Part shown: positions 7,697 through 19,100 of the stretch, in pieces
Numbering within the stretch: position 1 is the stretch's first letter
Layout of the letters: each line of letters starts with the position of its first letter
IMG/VR virus record: IMGVR_UViG_3300037245_001077
Location: 1 to 64,000 of that record
Source of the DNA: a virus
DNA length: 64,000 nt
Reading direction: 5' to 3' (one strand)
Position numbers and translations under genes: made by a program
The notes under the pieces: model-generated
What the model saw: only the letters and a program-made list of their open reading frames with translations
The model's database searches: none
What the model was told of the DNA's origin: nothing

Positions 7697-8503
7697 ATGT
7701 CCAGTCTGACCCAGATCCAGATCGACGACCTCGCCCGCTTCAGCGATGAGCTGGAGACCTATCTCGATGACAACAGTGTTGTCAAAGAGAGCAAGCACTA
7801 CCGTCGCCTCGACAAGACCGTCTTCGGAGACATCTTCAAGGTGGCAACTCGTCCCGGTGGGCTGAAGAGGGTGATGAACTCCACCACCTACTACGAGGCC
7901 AACGGTCGCACGAAGATGACCCAGCAGAAGCGGTACGGCAACGGTCACCCGCAGGCCGGGGAACTCGTCTACAAGCGGGATCCCAGGACCAATGAGTGGG
8001 TGCCGTCCTTCGAGGACAAACGGTGCATCCTGTACACCGCTGAGGCGTACAGAGAGTCCCGCACCAAGGCGACCGGCCTCAAGACTCCCGAGACCACCTA
8101 CTTCATCAAGTGGGCCGAGGTGCCGGAGTACTTCCGCAGCAAGATCGCGGCGAAGTTCCCGTGGCCGGTTGAGGACAAAGCTCAGTTCGTGCCCGCGAAC
8201 GTCTGCCTCATCTTCCGGAAGGGCAACAAGCCCGCTCGTGGCGACCAGCGTCACCAGTGGACTCCTCCCGAGTTCGTGGTCAGCGGCAAGTTCGGTGAGG
8301 ACGCAGCCGTCATCACCAAGGCCATCGTGTGGCAGCGTGGGTGCTTCGGTGCCCTCGCAGAGGCCACCGGGATCGATCCTGTCGATCTCACGGACCCCGA
8401 GACTCAGGTCGTCGAAGCCGACGACTCGCTCAAGGTAGCGGCAAGCACAGCAACGCTGTTGCAGGCCGGTGCAATCTTCTTGGATGAGGATGTCCTCATC
8501 TAA
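7697..8503 (+). CDS. hypothetical protein, probably highly expressed
   Basis: AAGGAG RBS, strongly GC3-biased codons, followed by a terminator. Confidence 0.85.
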   Translation: MSSLTQIQIDDLARFSDELETYLDDNSVVKESKHYRRLDKTVFGDIFKVATRPGGLKRVMNSTTYYEANGRTKMTQQKRYGNGHPQAGELVYKRDPRTNEWVPSFEDKRCILYTAEAYRESRTKATGLKTPETTYFIKWAEVPEYFRSKIAAKFPWPVEDKAQFVPANVCLIFRKGNKPARGDQRHQWTPPEFVVSGKFGEDAAVITKAIVWQRGCFGALAEATGIDPVDLTDPETQVVEADDSLKVAASTATLLQAGAIFLDEDVLI

Positions 8504-8512
8504 GTATCTCAC

Positions 8513-8537
8513 GGAGGGGCTTCGGCCCCTCCTTTTT
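8513..8537 (+). terminator. intrinsic terminator
   Basis: GGAGGGGC-ttcg-GCCCCTCC-TTTTT. Confidence 0.9.
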
Positions 8538-8577
8538 AGGTGGCTCCTAGACTGGAACCACCTAGAAAGGAGACATC

Positions 8578-10238
8578 ATGATAAACAAGCCTACCGATAA
8601 GCAGTTTCAGGAGATCGGAGAGGTGATCGTCAACGAGGCATACGGTTTGTTCTGTGATCTGGGGATCGAGTACGATTTCTGTATCCAGGTCGTGGGGGGC
8701 AACTGCGTCGTTTTCGGTGGTACGAACCGCATCCTCTGGAGCGTCCGCTACGGTTTCCGTCTCGACGTGGCCTACTGCAACGACACCACTGTCCTCAAGT
8801 GGGGACGTATGAACGGTACCCCGAAGTACGACTGCTAGAAAGGAGGAATTCATGTGGCCAAGGAAGTACTGAAGCGTCTTGAAGGAGCTGCGAACTACAA
8901 AGGGACAAGCCCTTATGCTGCTGAGCTTTACCGTGCAGCAGCTAGAGAGATCGAAGGTTTGAAGCTTCGAATACAGTTCTTGGAAGAAGACAAGAAAAGA
9001 AAGGAGCTAGTATGTTCCGTGTCATCTATTGCCAGGACAGAGAATATGGAACGTACAAGGTGATGGAGCGTGTGGAAACGCTCGAAGAAGCGAAAAAGGC
9101 GCGGAAGGTGTCGGGAGACATCGTGATAGATGACAACGATCAAGTTGTCACTGATCGTGCGTGGTTGTTTCCGTGGGAAACGACTTTGGGTAGAGCGAGA
9201 AAGAAGTGGTGGGCAGAGAATCCCCGCTCATACGCTCTGCGTCAAATACTATGGCAAGAGGAGAACCCTCAGTGGAGTTTCCTCTGGCACAAGAAGGAGA
9301 TATCATGAGACGACCATTTTGGTACCTTGTTCTGATCGTAGTGCTGGTGTTCTGTGCATCAGCTATCGAGGCGCAGACTATCGTCGTCAACGGCGTGGTC
9401 TATGCACCAGTAGACCCCAACTATGGGATACCTGCTGCGCCTGGACCGGTGGCGAACGGTTCCGTTCGTCACTACAACAATGGGTACGTTGGTGTCAACA
9501 GTAGACACTACTCCCGAATCCCCATGAAGTGGGGGACAGGACCAATTAGAGCGACTGGTCCGATTGTTTCGTACCCTGGATACAGGCATGGGTACAGACC
9601 CGGTTACCGGATGCCGTATCGTGGTGGGTACGTTCATGGGGCTGTAGGACCGAGAGGAGGGTATGTAGGAGGTGCCTACCATGGACAAGGGTGGTACATT
9701 CGCGGCGGCGTTTCTTTCCGATGAACAATTTCAGACTTTAAAGAAGGAGTTCAACATGAAGCTTGCACTTTGGATTGCAGGTATCGTCATCACCACAACC
9801 GTCACCGTTCTGGGTGGCAGGAAGCTCTACCGTCGTCGCCAGCTTAAACGGCTTGCTGGACCCTTCACAGACGAGAGCTGATCATGGAACGCCGCCCGTT
9901 CTGGACATGTCTTCGTTGTGGGCGAACAAAGTTCACTCGCAGATTTCAGCCTCACAAATGTATCGACGGGCATCGGAAGCATTTCCGAAAGAAGAAGAGT
10001 CCCATAGATTGGGCAAGTTTATGGATACTAACAGAAGGAGGTGTTGAGCATGGAATGCAACCAAAAGATTGTCATCGCTAATAAGATGAAGGGACTTCGT
10101 GAGAGCATTGCGGATCTCACGACAGAGAAGGAAAGATACATTGACAGTGTTGAAGTCCTTCGTATTCTCGAAGGTATCATCCTTCGTAAGCAGAACAGGC
10201 TTCTGGTTCTCCACATTGACTACAACATGATAGACTAG
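8578..10238 (+). other. array of small hypothetical CDSs (8578-8838, 8854-9063, 9012-9308, 9756-9881, 9884-10081, 10050-10238)
   Basis: Overlapping or abutting + strand ORFs with GGAG(G) RBS. Confidence 0.65.
9305..9724 (+). CDS. signal-peptide protein with a Gly/Tyr/Arg-rich low-complexity region
   Basis: AAGGAG RBS; MRRPFWYLVLIVVLVFCASAIEA-Q signal-like N-terminus; GYRHGYRPGYR repeats. Confidence 0.75.
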   Translation: MRRPFWYLVLIVVLVFCASAIEAQTIVVNGVVYAPVDPNYGIPAAPGPVANGSVRHYNNGYVGVNSRHYSRIPMKWGTGPIRATGPIVSYPGYRHGYRPGYRMPYRGGYVHGAVGPRGGYVGGAYHGQGWYIRGGVSFR

Positions 10239-10301
10239 TTGATGTTGTCGTTGACTTCGGTCATCGGTTGCATGTACACTAGTCGGAAGGGAGGTCGGTA
10301 T

Positions 10302-10403
10302 GTGGCCGAACTAGTATCACAGAACTTGGTGTCAGCCGTGACCCTATTCGGATGGCATGGGTGGTGGTGGACTCCACCCTACCCAGTACGAATCGCGGGG
10401 TAA
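10302..10403 (+). CDS. 33-aa Trp-rich mini-ORF MAELVSQNLVSAVTLFGWHGWWWTPPYPVRIAG
   Basis: GTG start after GGGAGG; ends in the same nucleotide motif as 5725-5817. Confidence 0.35.
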   Translation: MAELVSQNLVSAVTLFGWHGWWWTPPYPVRIAG

Positions 10404-10437
10404 GGTACGCCTATAACATGAAATACGGAGGTGTTGA

Positions 10438-10938
10438 ATGCCAGTCTTAGATTTCTATTTTACTACAAACGGTGAGCGCAAAGGGGGAGTAGCCGATGGG
10501 ATGACCCCCGTGGGTCTTCGTCATCTCATCCTGTCGATGCTCCCTTTCATGTCTGTGGAGACCTTGAAAGAGGTCATAGGAGATGTCGAGCAGGCTATGC
10601 TCATTGTTCGCTTCTCGGAGAAGCCGTGGGAGAAGGAGGGGTTGACCCCCGAGGAAGTCCTGAGCTACGAAGAGAAGGTTGTCCTCATGGGTATCCCGTG
10701 CAAGAGCAATCCCTTCAGTGGGAAGGCCAAGGACGGTGCAACGCATCCTCACAAAATCCATGCCATCAAGAACATCCGGACACGACTTAGCTATGGTCTC
10801 AAACAGAGCAAGTGGCTCATGGACGAGTACGAAGAAGGTGTCCGTAAAGGGAAGTACTCCTTACCGGAGGTACCGGAGGAGGACCGTATCCCCGAAGTCT
10901 CTGACATGATGCAGAACCTACCGGGGGTACTGTCATGA
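10438..10938 (+). CDS. protein with a ribosomal bL12 (L7/L12) C-terminal-like motif
   Basis: KIHAIKNIRTRLSYGLKQSKWLMDE resembles the bL12 CTD consensus KIxxIKxxRxxxGLGLKEAKxxVE; GGAGG RBS. Confidence 0.55.
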   Translation: MPVLDFYFTTNGERKGGVADGMTPVGLRHLILSMLPFMSVETLKEVIGDVEQAMLIVRFSEKPWEKEGLTPEEVLSYEEKVVLMGIPCKSNPFSGKAKDGATHPHKIHAIKNIRTRLSYGLKQSKWLMDEYEEGVRKGKYSLPEVPEEDRIPEVSDMMQNLPGVLS

Positions 10939-13900
10939 TCGGTGTTAACCCCAAGTGCAATCAACACGCTATCCAGCTTGGAGCAGTTCTCATTGGTGAA
11001 GAGGATTGCCCCTTCTGTCAGCTCGAAGAGAACGCCGAAACGAACAAGGTGTTCACTATCGAGCCGATAAGCTCTCATCCACCGGGCGTGGACCCGATGA
11101 AAGTGGACTCCTTTAACATGGGAATGTCTCTCGGGGCTAATGTCATGGTGCTCCATTCGACCTTCCCTCACGAAGAAATGACCTGGATGGTTCTGGTCCA
11201 CATCCCCACCGGGAGAAGGATCAAAATCGTGTTCCCTGAAGAAGGAGAACGTATGGAAGAGTTGAGCATGAAGGATAGCCTAAACGCTCTCATGGATGGC
11301 GTGAAGGATAGCCTAAACGCTCTCATGGATGTCGGAGTGGAATCCGCAATTGAGGAGCAACAGAGTAACGCAGAAACCCATCCTACATTCCCAGGTAGGT
11401 ATAGTAAAGGAGGTAAAGAATGACCACCAAAGTTGGAAAGGCTTACGTCTACTACCAATCCATTGACCCAGCTAAAGTTGTTGTGGTGCAGGCTCTCTGC
11501 AACGCAATGATGGCTTTCCCCCACCTAAGGCTGGGGCAGCTTATCTGCAACGCTCGAAACATGAACCTGATCCGAAGGAGATATTGCGGGGATGAGTTCT
11601 ATATCTCCGATGCTCACCTTGGTGTTGCGCTCAATGAGTATGTAGAGAAGTGTGCCAAAGCTGAGGCAGAGAACAATGACCATGATGGCTGAAATATGTG
11701 ATGTCACGGTCAACATCGAAACGGGGTGGCTGTCGGTGAATGGTGGATCGCTCAAGAGCACCATACACGTGAATGTTATCCCCTCAATGGACGAGGCTCA
11801 TGCTCATGAGATCTGGAGAACCATCTGTGATGGTTTCACTAACGTAACGTCGTGGAAGACGTTAGAGCACGCTCCAGGGCATCGTATGTACGTCCAGAAG
11901 GACAACGAGCGTCGATATCTGTCCGTATACATTCATCATAATTGAAAGGAGCCATGAAATGACAACAGTCAAAGAGTTTCGAGAGGCACTCGAAGCCCTC
12001 ATCGACTACTGCTGGAAAGAGGAGGAAGACGATTTCATCATGCTGATGGAAGACGAAGAGTCGGTTCTTCATCATATCTTCCTCAGCATTTTCACCCTTC
12101 ACAACTCCCTGCTGATATCAGACGGTCTCATAGCTACTAAGCTGAAGCATGTTTTACAGGATCGTAACCAAGGGCACGATATGCCGGAGTACTACTTCCT
12201 CTGTACCAACGAGGAGTGTGGGGTCATGAACCACGAAGTGGATCTCATCCCCGAGAGCTTGGTGCTTTCTCTTGAAGAGGGTGAGAAGATCCCCGCAGGC
12301 TGCTGCAAGATGTGCGGTGGAACGGTAGTGTCCTTATGAGGTTATTTCTCTGGTTAATGCTGGTCATACAGGTTTTCAACGGAGCTTCGTACCTTTGGTG
12401 GTTGGCTCAAAATGACTATCCCAGGAGGCCACGGGAGCAAACACCTATAGAGGACGCTCTTGGGTTGATGGGTAGGTTGTGCTTTGCTCTTTGGGCAGCC
12501 TATCTATTGTGGGGGTGAGTTATGAAGGATATCTTTTTGGATACTCCTCAGACCCTGTGGGGCTACGGTTGGCGTATCCTCGCACTCAGTGGAATCTGCA
12601 TTTTCCTCATCATAGCTGCCGGAGCTACTGCCTCGCACCTTGAGGAGATGGCAAAGATTGCTGAAATGGAAGCGATGATCAGGGTACCTGTTGGTTACGC
12701 AGAGTTCGAGGTGCTGATAGCCCCTAAGACTACAGGAGATGCGATTTATGCCACCTTAAGGGTGGCAGATGAAGATATCTCGAAGTTCTTCAAGGGGCAC
12801 ACCTGGACGCTGCTCCCACCTCCTGAGGAGGTGATCGAATGATTACCACCGCTGAAAGGTTGAAGACTATCCAGAACACCACCCGCCTGATAGGAGAGCT
12901 TAAAGAGAAGCGGGCACACCAGGAAAAGCTCCTCTCAGAGATGGAGTACGTTCTGTATATGAAATTCCTCTGGGAGTCTCGTGATTCTGAACCGTTCGAC
13001 GATAAGACTTCGTATTACCCGAAGTTCGTCTTCTTTGGAGGCTCCCGTACCAAGGGCTGGCTTGCTCTTGTGCGGGTGTGTAACAAGACAGAGATTCGTT
13101 TCCCCGTCCACATGAAGTACATGATTTTCACAGGGGTGACAGACATGTGGGACAATGGTGAGCTTCCTGAGAGATTCATCGAGATCTTCTTTGAGAATAT
13201 GGCTAAGAGGAAGAACCAAGACATCGGGAGTGTGAAGGGCTACCGAAGTCAAAGAGACAAGAGGTTGAAAGACAATGCCGATTTCAAAGAAAGATACGGG
13301 CACGACCGAACTCCCCGCCCACTTATGGAGCCTCTTAAAATTACGGCATCCGGAGATGAAATACGGCTTGGTAGTTTTCCTCAGGATGGAGGAGCTGAGG
13401 AAGTGGAATCTCCAGAGGGCATTGAAGGCTCGGAAAGCAAAGAAGGGAAAGAGGTGGCGTAATGGCTTGGACAAGTGACTCTGACGAACCACTGAAAGAC
13501 GCGAAGAAGGACGTAGAGAACGCCATAAAGCTGGCAGAGCAGAAGAACTGGGAGTGGGCAATTTCGTGTCTCGAAAATGCTGTCGAAAACCTTTTCATGG
13601 CGCAGGGTGCCTGTGAATACCAGATGCAAGCGGAAAAAGAAGAAGGCACCTTCGTCTCCCAAGACGAGCCTGACTGGTTATAGGGAGGATATTATGGAAC
13701 CAGTATCTAAGAAGGTGTTTGCCTTGCTGCAAGCGATGGTCGAGAAGCTGAACGAGGAACACGACAGGTGGTGCAGAAACGCAACACCGGAAGAGATAGA
13801 GGACACCCGGACAGGCGAGATTATCTCTCCTCGTTTCGAGTTGGAAGCTATCGAAGAAGAAGAGATCCCCGACTACGAAGCCAACGTAGGACTGCATGAT

Positions 13901-15391
13901 CTTGATGGGGAAGAGACTGAGTACGGTACCCCGGAGTACATTGCTCTGGAGATCATGAACATCCGGTACCTTAGTGGGCACCACGGCAACTCCTATGGGA
14001 TCTAAAATGTCGATAAGAGAGCCATCTGTGATCAGAGTAATCTCTTCAACTAAATTCACTCAGGAACAGCTCGACGCCCTCTATCAGGTGTACCTCAACT
14101 GGCAGGAGATCACTCCACATCCGATCATGCCTGAGAGCTTCGAAGTCATCCCTGGAGATGATTATGAGGTTGGCGGGTACTATGGCCTCTGGGTTGGTAC
14201 GCCTATCAATGACAACCCAGGTAGTCTCTATATCGGTATCGAAGCTGACGGTCACACTCACTCCTAGGAGATTGAAGTGAAAATTTCTGATTGGATGCTC
14301 AGTGAACGTGGTATTAAAGTTGCTGTCTGGGTCATAGTCGTGTCTTCGATAGTGCTTTTGATCGACAAAGTCCTCAAAGCCTCTATCAGTTAACCCAACA
14401 ATCAACATTGAAGGGAGTTCATCATGTCGAAGAACTATAAGGGGACCGGTAAGCTTACCTCTCATGAGGAAGAGCAGTTCGCTCTTGCTCTGGGTATCGT
14501 ACCCAGGATGCTGAACGGTATGGCGTACTGTACCCGAGTTCGTCGTGGTGAGATTGAGCGTCGGAGGATCTCTATCCTCAAGGCGGAGAAGCCTGCCCCC
14601 GGTGTGAACGAGGAGACTCACGAGCTGTTCCGGCTCGCCCGGTTGTATCGTCAACGTGAGGGGTTCCATACCCTCGGTTGGGCCTTACGTGTCAGAGCCA
14701 CGGGTGACTACTACGTCTATTCGGAGGCGTGGTGATGCCTAATATTTCACCCTTGGCCTCTCTTAAAGAGGGGTCAGTACACTTTGTTCGAGATGGGAAA
14801 ACGGGAAAGTTTCATCTGGGGATGAAAAACAGTCCTATGTTTTTCCTCTGCGGTATAAACGGTGCAATGGGTAGTGAAGTCGTAGATAACGACACTGGTT
14901 TCGGAGGACTGCTCAGTAGCCCACATTTGCCAGGTTCACACCCACTTGTAGTTCATTTTAAGTCTTCAGCTATCTGTGGTAACTGTCGTGCCTCTCTTGT
15001 AGCTCGGTTGAAGAAAGCGGATTTGTCACTACAGGGGCTGTTCGGAACACGCTTGCAGGAGGCTAGGCAACAGTCGCAGGAGGCTAGGCAAAGGCAAGTG
15101 TCCGATGTCCTCAAGTGGGGACGTACGAAGGCCAAGCAAGAGCAAGTAGGCCCCATAGAGGCCAATATGGTAACAGGCTTACTCGTGGCTACATCCAGTG
15201 AAAACAAGGAGTACGACGTGACTAAAGAAATTTTCGTGAACATCAAAATTGGGTATGACTTAGAAGACATCTGTATCACAGAAATTGTGGACGCTATTGA
15301 GTACCTCAAGGAGAAAGCCAATGATCATGGCTCGGTTGAAGAGATTACTCTGACCACAAATGGCTCTCTTGACGTAGAGATTCCGTTCTAA
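10935..15391 (+). other. array of small and medium hypothetical CDSs (10935-11423, 11420-11692, 11685-11945, 11959-12339, 12336-12518, 12522-12842, 12839-13462, 13462-13683, 13694-14005, 14007-14267, 14277-14393, 14424-14735, 14735-15391)
   Basis: Continuous ATGA/TAATG-coupled + strand ORFs with RBS; several have TM segments or CxxC pairs. Confidence 0.7.
11269..11331 (+). repeat. in-frame 33-bp tandem duplication
   Basis: TGAAGGATAGCCTAAACGCTCTCATGGATG occurs twice, giving KDSLNALMD x2. Confidence 0.9.
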
Positions 15392-15473
15392 AAACGCAAC
15401 ATCAGTAGTGGTCTTGGAACAGAATAGTAATTGTTATCCGTAGGGATAACCTAACAATAGGGAGAATAAGATC

Positions 15474-16052
15474 ATGGCTAACGGAAATGGAACTGCAACT
15501 CGCACCTACGATGTTACGTACACTCCGGACTATGTCCAGAGACAGATCGCTGGTGCGAAAGGCACGAAGGGTGGACGCCCGTTCATCTTCGACGTGCGCT
15601 TCTTCAAGGTGCGGACCAAGACGGGTGATACTGTCGTTGGAACGTATCTGCTCTTCGGTGGTGTTCCCACTCCGAACCTCCACGACCAGCTCATCGAGGC
15701 GGGCTTCAAGGTTCGTCGTCGTGCTCGCACGTGGGAGGACAAGAAGAACAACGTCACGGTGGATATCGCAGACCGTGAGAATGAGTGCTATGCGGTGTAC
15801 TACAACACCGAACCGACGATCTCCGATGTCCAGATCAAAGTGATCGCGGGCATCATGAAGAAGGGTATCTCCACGCTTCCCGAGCGGAAGCAGACCTTCT
15901 TGCTGCCCAGTTGGGCGGCTGTCGAGAAGGGTTGGGGAGCCACCGAGAAGTGGCTGGACATCTGTGCGGTCAGCAATGACGATGATGACGACCAGACCGC
16001 TACTGTGGTGGACGACACCATCGATCTCGATGAGATCAAAGACCTCTTCTGA
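15474..16052 (+). CDS. hypothetical protein with acidic C-terminal tail, probably highly expressed
   Basis: GGGAG RBS, GC3-rich, tail NDDDDDQ...IDLDEIKDLF, followed by a terminator. Confidence 0.85.
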   Translation: MANGNGTATRTYDVTYTPDYVQRQIAGAKGTKGGRPFIFDVRFFKVRTKTGDTVVGTYLLFGGVPTPNLHDQLIEAGFKVRRRARTWEDKKNNVTVDIADRENECYAVYYNTEPTISDVQIKVIAGIMKKGISTLPERKQTFLLPSWAAVEKGWGATEKWLDICAVSNDDDDDQTATVVDDTIDLDEIKDLF

Positions 16053-16067
16053 TACAACCCAAACATT

Positions 16068-16096
16068 GTGAGGCCCCTTCGGGGGCCTCGCTTTTT
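16068..16096 (+). terminator. intrinsic terminator
   Basis: GTGAGGCCCC-ttcg-GGGGCCTCGC-TTTTT. Confidence 0.9.
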
Positions 16097-16107
16097 AAGG
16101 AAACCAT

Positions 16108-19100
16108 ATGAGCTACAAAAAGTTTCTGGCAACTGTAGATTGGCGTCGTCCTCTTGACCGTGGAAGAACTCCTTCAGAGAATCGTGCGGCTATTGCAAAG
16201 ATAGACCAGTTGGTGGAGGAAACGGGGTGTACGAAGACAAAGGCTTTTTGTCAGATAAAGTTAAACTTTAACACCTACTACAAGATCAAGCGAGAAGACG
16301 GTTTCGCACCTACCCCGCATAATTTGTGTGCCCAGGTCCGTGCGTCAAACAACGTGGGTGGTCCTGGTAAGCCTAAGGGCTATAAAAGCCATGGTCATTG
16401 CAAGCACAAGACTGTTCTTAAGCAAATGCGAGAGAGCTTGGATCTTATCGAGCGAGAGGCGAAAACTCTCCGAAGCTTTGGGGTAGATATTACACTTGCG
16501 GTTGGAGGAGTTACATGCTAAAAGTAGAACTTCAAAAGGCTTATGATAAGTTGAAGAGAGGGCACAATACCCTTACGATCCTGCACGATGCTGCTGTTAG
16601 GTTGGCACATGCCTACAAAGGAGAGCTTGCTGAGGAAAGAGACAGGTACGTTAAACTCCATGAGGAGTATGTGGCTGTGGAGGAGAGTGAACACGCAATA
16701 CGGTGCATCCGTCTGCCCTATGTGGAGCTTGAAAACGAGAAGTTGAAGGATCAAGTCTCAAGGCTCCTGAAGAAGACCAGAGAGGTTGACATCGCCTATA
16801 AGGATCTTGCATCCGCGTTCCAGACTTTCATTCAGCGTACTCAGACTGAGGATTTCATCTGGAGGATGCGTGATCCGAAGGTACCACGAGATGACTGATC
16901 AACCTCGTCTTGTTACAGCTAGATCTTTTGATGGCTGGGCGGTTTCTTTGCACCCGGCAGGACCGAAGCTTACTATCACCTGTGGGTGGTGTAGGCATAC
17001 TTTTCGGCAACGAGTGCCAAGGGTAAGTCACCCTAGGATGCTATGCCCTGCCTGCAAATCGCTTAATCTGGTGCCTGTCATATATGGTGTATGAGGTTGA
17101 AACATGGATGAGATCCTTGAAGAGCTTCAGGTTCTAGCGGATCATATGTCAATTGGGTATGGAGACAAGCTCCTGGTGTCTCGTCGGGACAACGACGATA
17201 GGAAAGGTGAGTTTGTTCTTCATGATTATCGGCTCGAAGAGAGCTTTTTCTACGAATTAGATGAGGTGAGAATGCACCTCGAAACCATCTTCAAAGGAGA
17301 TGAGCATGAAGCTGAATGATGTAAAAGTAGGGAACATTTGCGCTTACGTAAACGACTACAGTAGCCACCGTAGAAGTGGCTGGTGCTCACAGGATGTGAT
17401 GGATGCCAAGCCTGTCAGAGTTATCCGTAAGGAGAAAATTCCTGTGCGGATCGAGAAGGACAGTTGTGGGCGTGCGACCGTGGCTATGAAAACCGTGCTC
17501 GTGGTGAAGCTGTACAACCTCAAAGCGTCGGATCCGCTCGCGCTGGATCTGGACATCGTTGATGCCAAGCACAAAGATTTAGTTGTAGATGAAACCATTG
17601 AGGCGAAGGATCTCATCTGGAGCTGGGAAGAGGAAGTCGAGAAGGTTCGCAATGACTTGCGAATAGCAGCCGTAGCTGACCGTTTTGGGGACTATCTTGA
17701 AGCGGTGAGTCACGCTATTGCGTTGCATATCCTCAAGACCCAGAACTACCCCAAGGGAGAGACTGTCCCTCACAGTTACAATTTGCAGGTTGACTACCCT
17801 CGTGGCAAGCTCAAAGAGTTCGTCTCAGATGCTCTCAATGAGACTGATCTTCCTTCGTCGTATGGAGAGGAACCGAATTCTTTGGATCTTATCCACTACT
17901 TGCCCCATGTAGCAATAGAGGTGAGTCTTAAGTATGGGACTTCCCCGCACTACCTGACCAATAACTACCGACAGACGAAAGTTGGGTTCGTTGAGAATCT
18001 CTACACCTTCTTGTTCACCTCTCAGGGGTACACGGCTTTAGATTCGGAGAGGCCGGGAGACGCTTACCCCAAGAACAAGAGGAAGCAGGATAAGCATTGG
18101 AACCAGCAGAAGAGGATCTTCCGTGCCTTTGCTGCGCTGACAGGTGAGGAGCGATTGGACTTCCTTGAGGAAGCAATCAACGCTCTCGTTGAGCGGGTAG
18201 CTAAGAGCTTGGATATCGTGATCCCCTTGTCGTGGTCACGTGACCCTGCCAACTTCAATGGGAAAGCTTACGCGGCTGAGATGAGGAAAGCCGTCGCTGA
18301 GTATATCCCGCTTAAGAAGTAAGCATGAGTAGCACAGACCGCTGTCGTGCGTCCCAACTTGCTGAGCGTATGACCACTGTCAGAAGGATGAAGGATACCT
18401 ACGTAGAGGAAGGAGGAGGCTCTTGTCATGAAAGCTGCCTCAAGTCCTGGCATGTTGTCAATGTTGTGAAATCGATGTTGAAGGATCGTGTGCCCCCAGA
18501 TTGGATACTCACTATGATCTACCTCATGGAGGAAAACCCGCCAGATGATGGCTAAGAAATTCTTAGCCCCTGACATCGGAGCACTCTTCACCTGGAAGGG
18601 AGAGAGGTACCGGGTAACCGCTTACAAGAAACCTATACCCCCAGAACGTGTCCCTCCTGATGAGAAGGAACTATGTGAGATGAGTCTTTCTACAAGTGGA
18701 TTCATGTCTGGGTTCCTCACTAGAGTGATGTATGAAGCACGCGATGGCGACTATTTGTGGTGTAGCCGACAGGAGGCTACCCACGTTTCTGGGTACGGAC
18801 TCTTGGGGTGTATTGCGCCCATAGAAGAGATTACGGTGACGGGGAACGTCAGTGATTGTTGGTCTGAAGAAGCAATGAAGTCTTCACAACGCCATGCTGA
18901 GTGGTTGGTCACTCAGAACGATTTCTAGGAGGATTAAATGTTCCAAGATGAAGCGAGTTTACGGCTTAGTCGAGCCGAGGATGTTTTGTTAGATATAGGG
19001 GATATTGCTGATGACTGATCTTATCAAGCGACTCAAGTGGGCAGTATCTTTTAAGGCCAATCCGGTTCCAGTTTGTATGCTGATGGGCGAAGCTATTGAC

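Noticed and set aside
7673-8512. Long minus-strand ORFs shadowing + strand genes (also 25560-26294, 12935-13561, 14046-14669)
   Set aside because: They are antisense shadows of RBS-supported + strand genes, with no RBS or motifs of their own
15441-15450. I-SceI-like site TAGGGATAAC
   Set aside because: Only the first 10 of 18 bases match contiguously, and it is explained by a local inverted repeat
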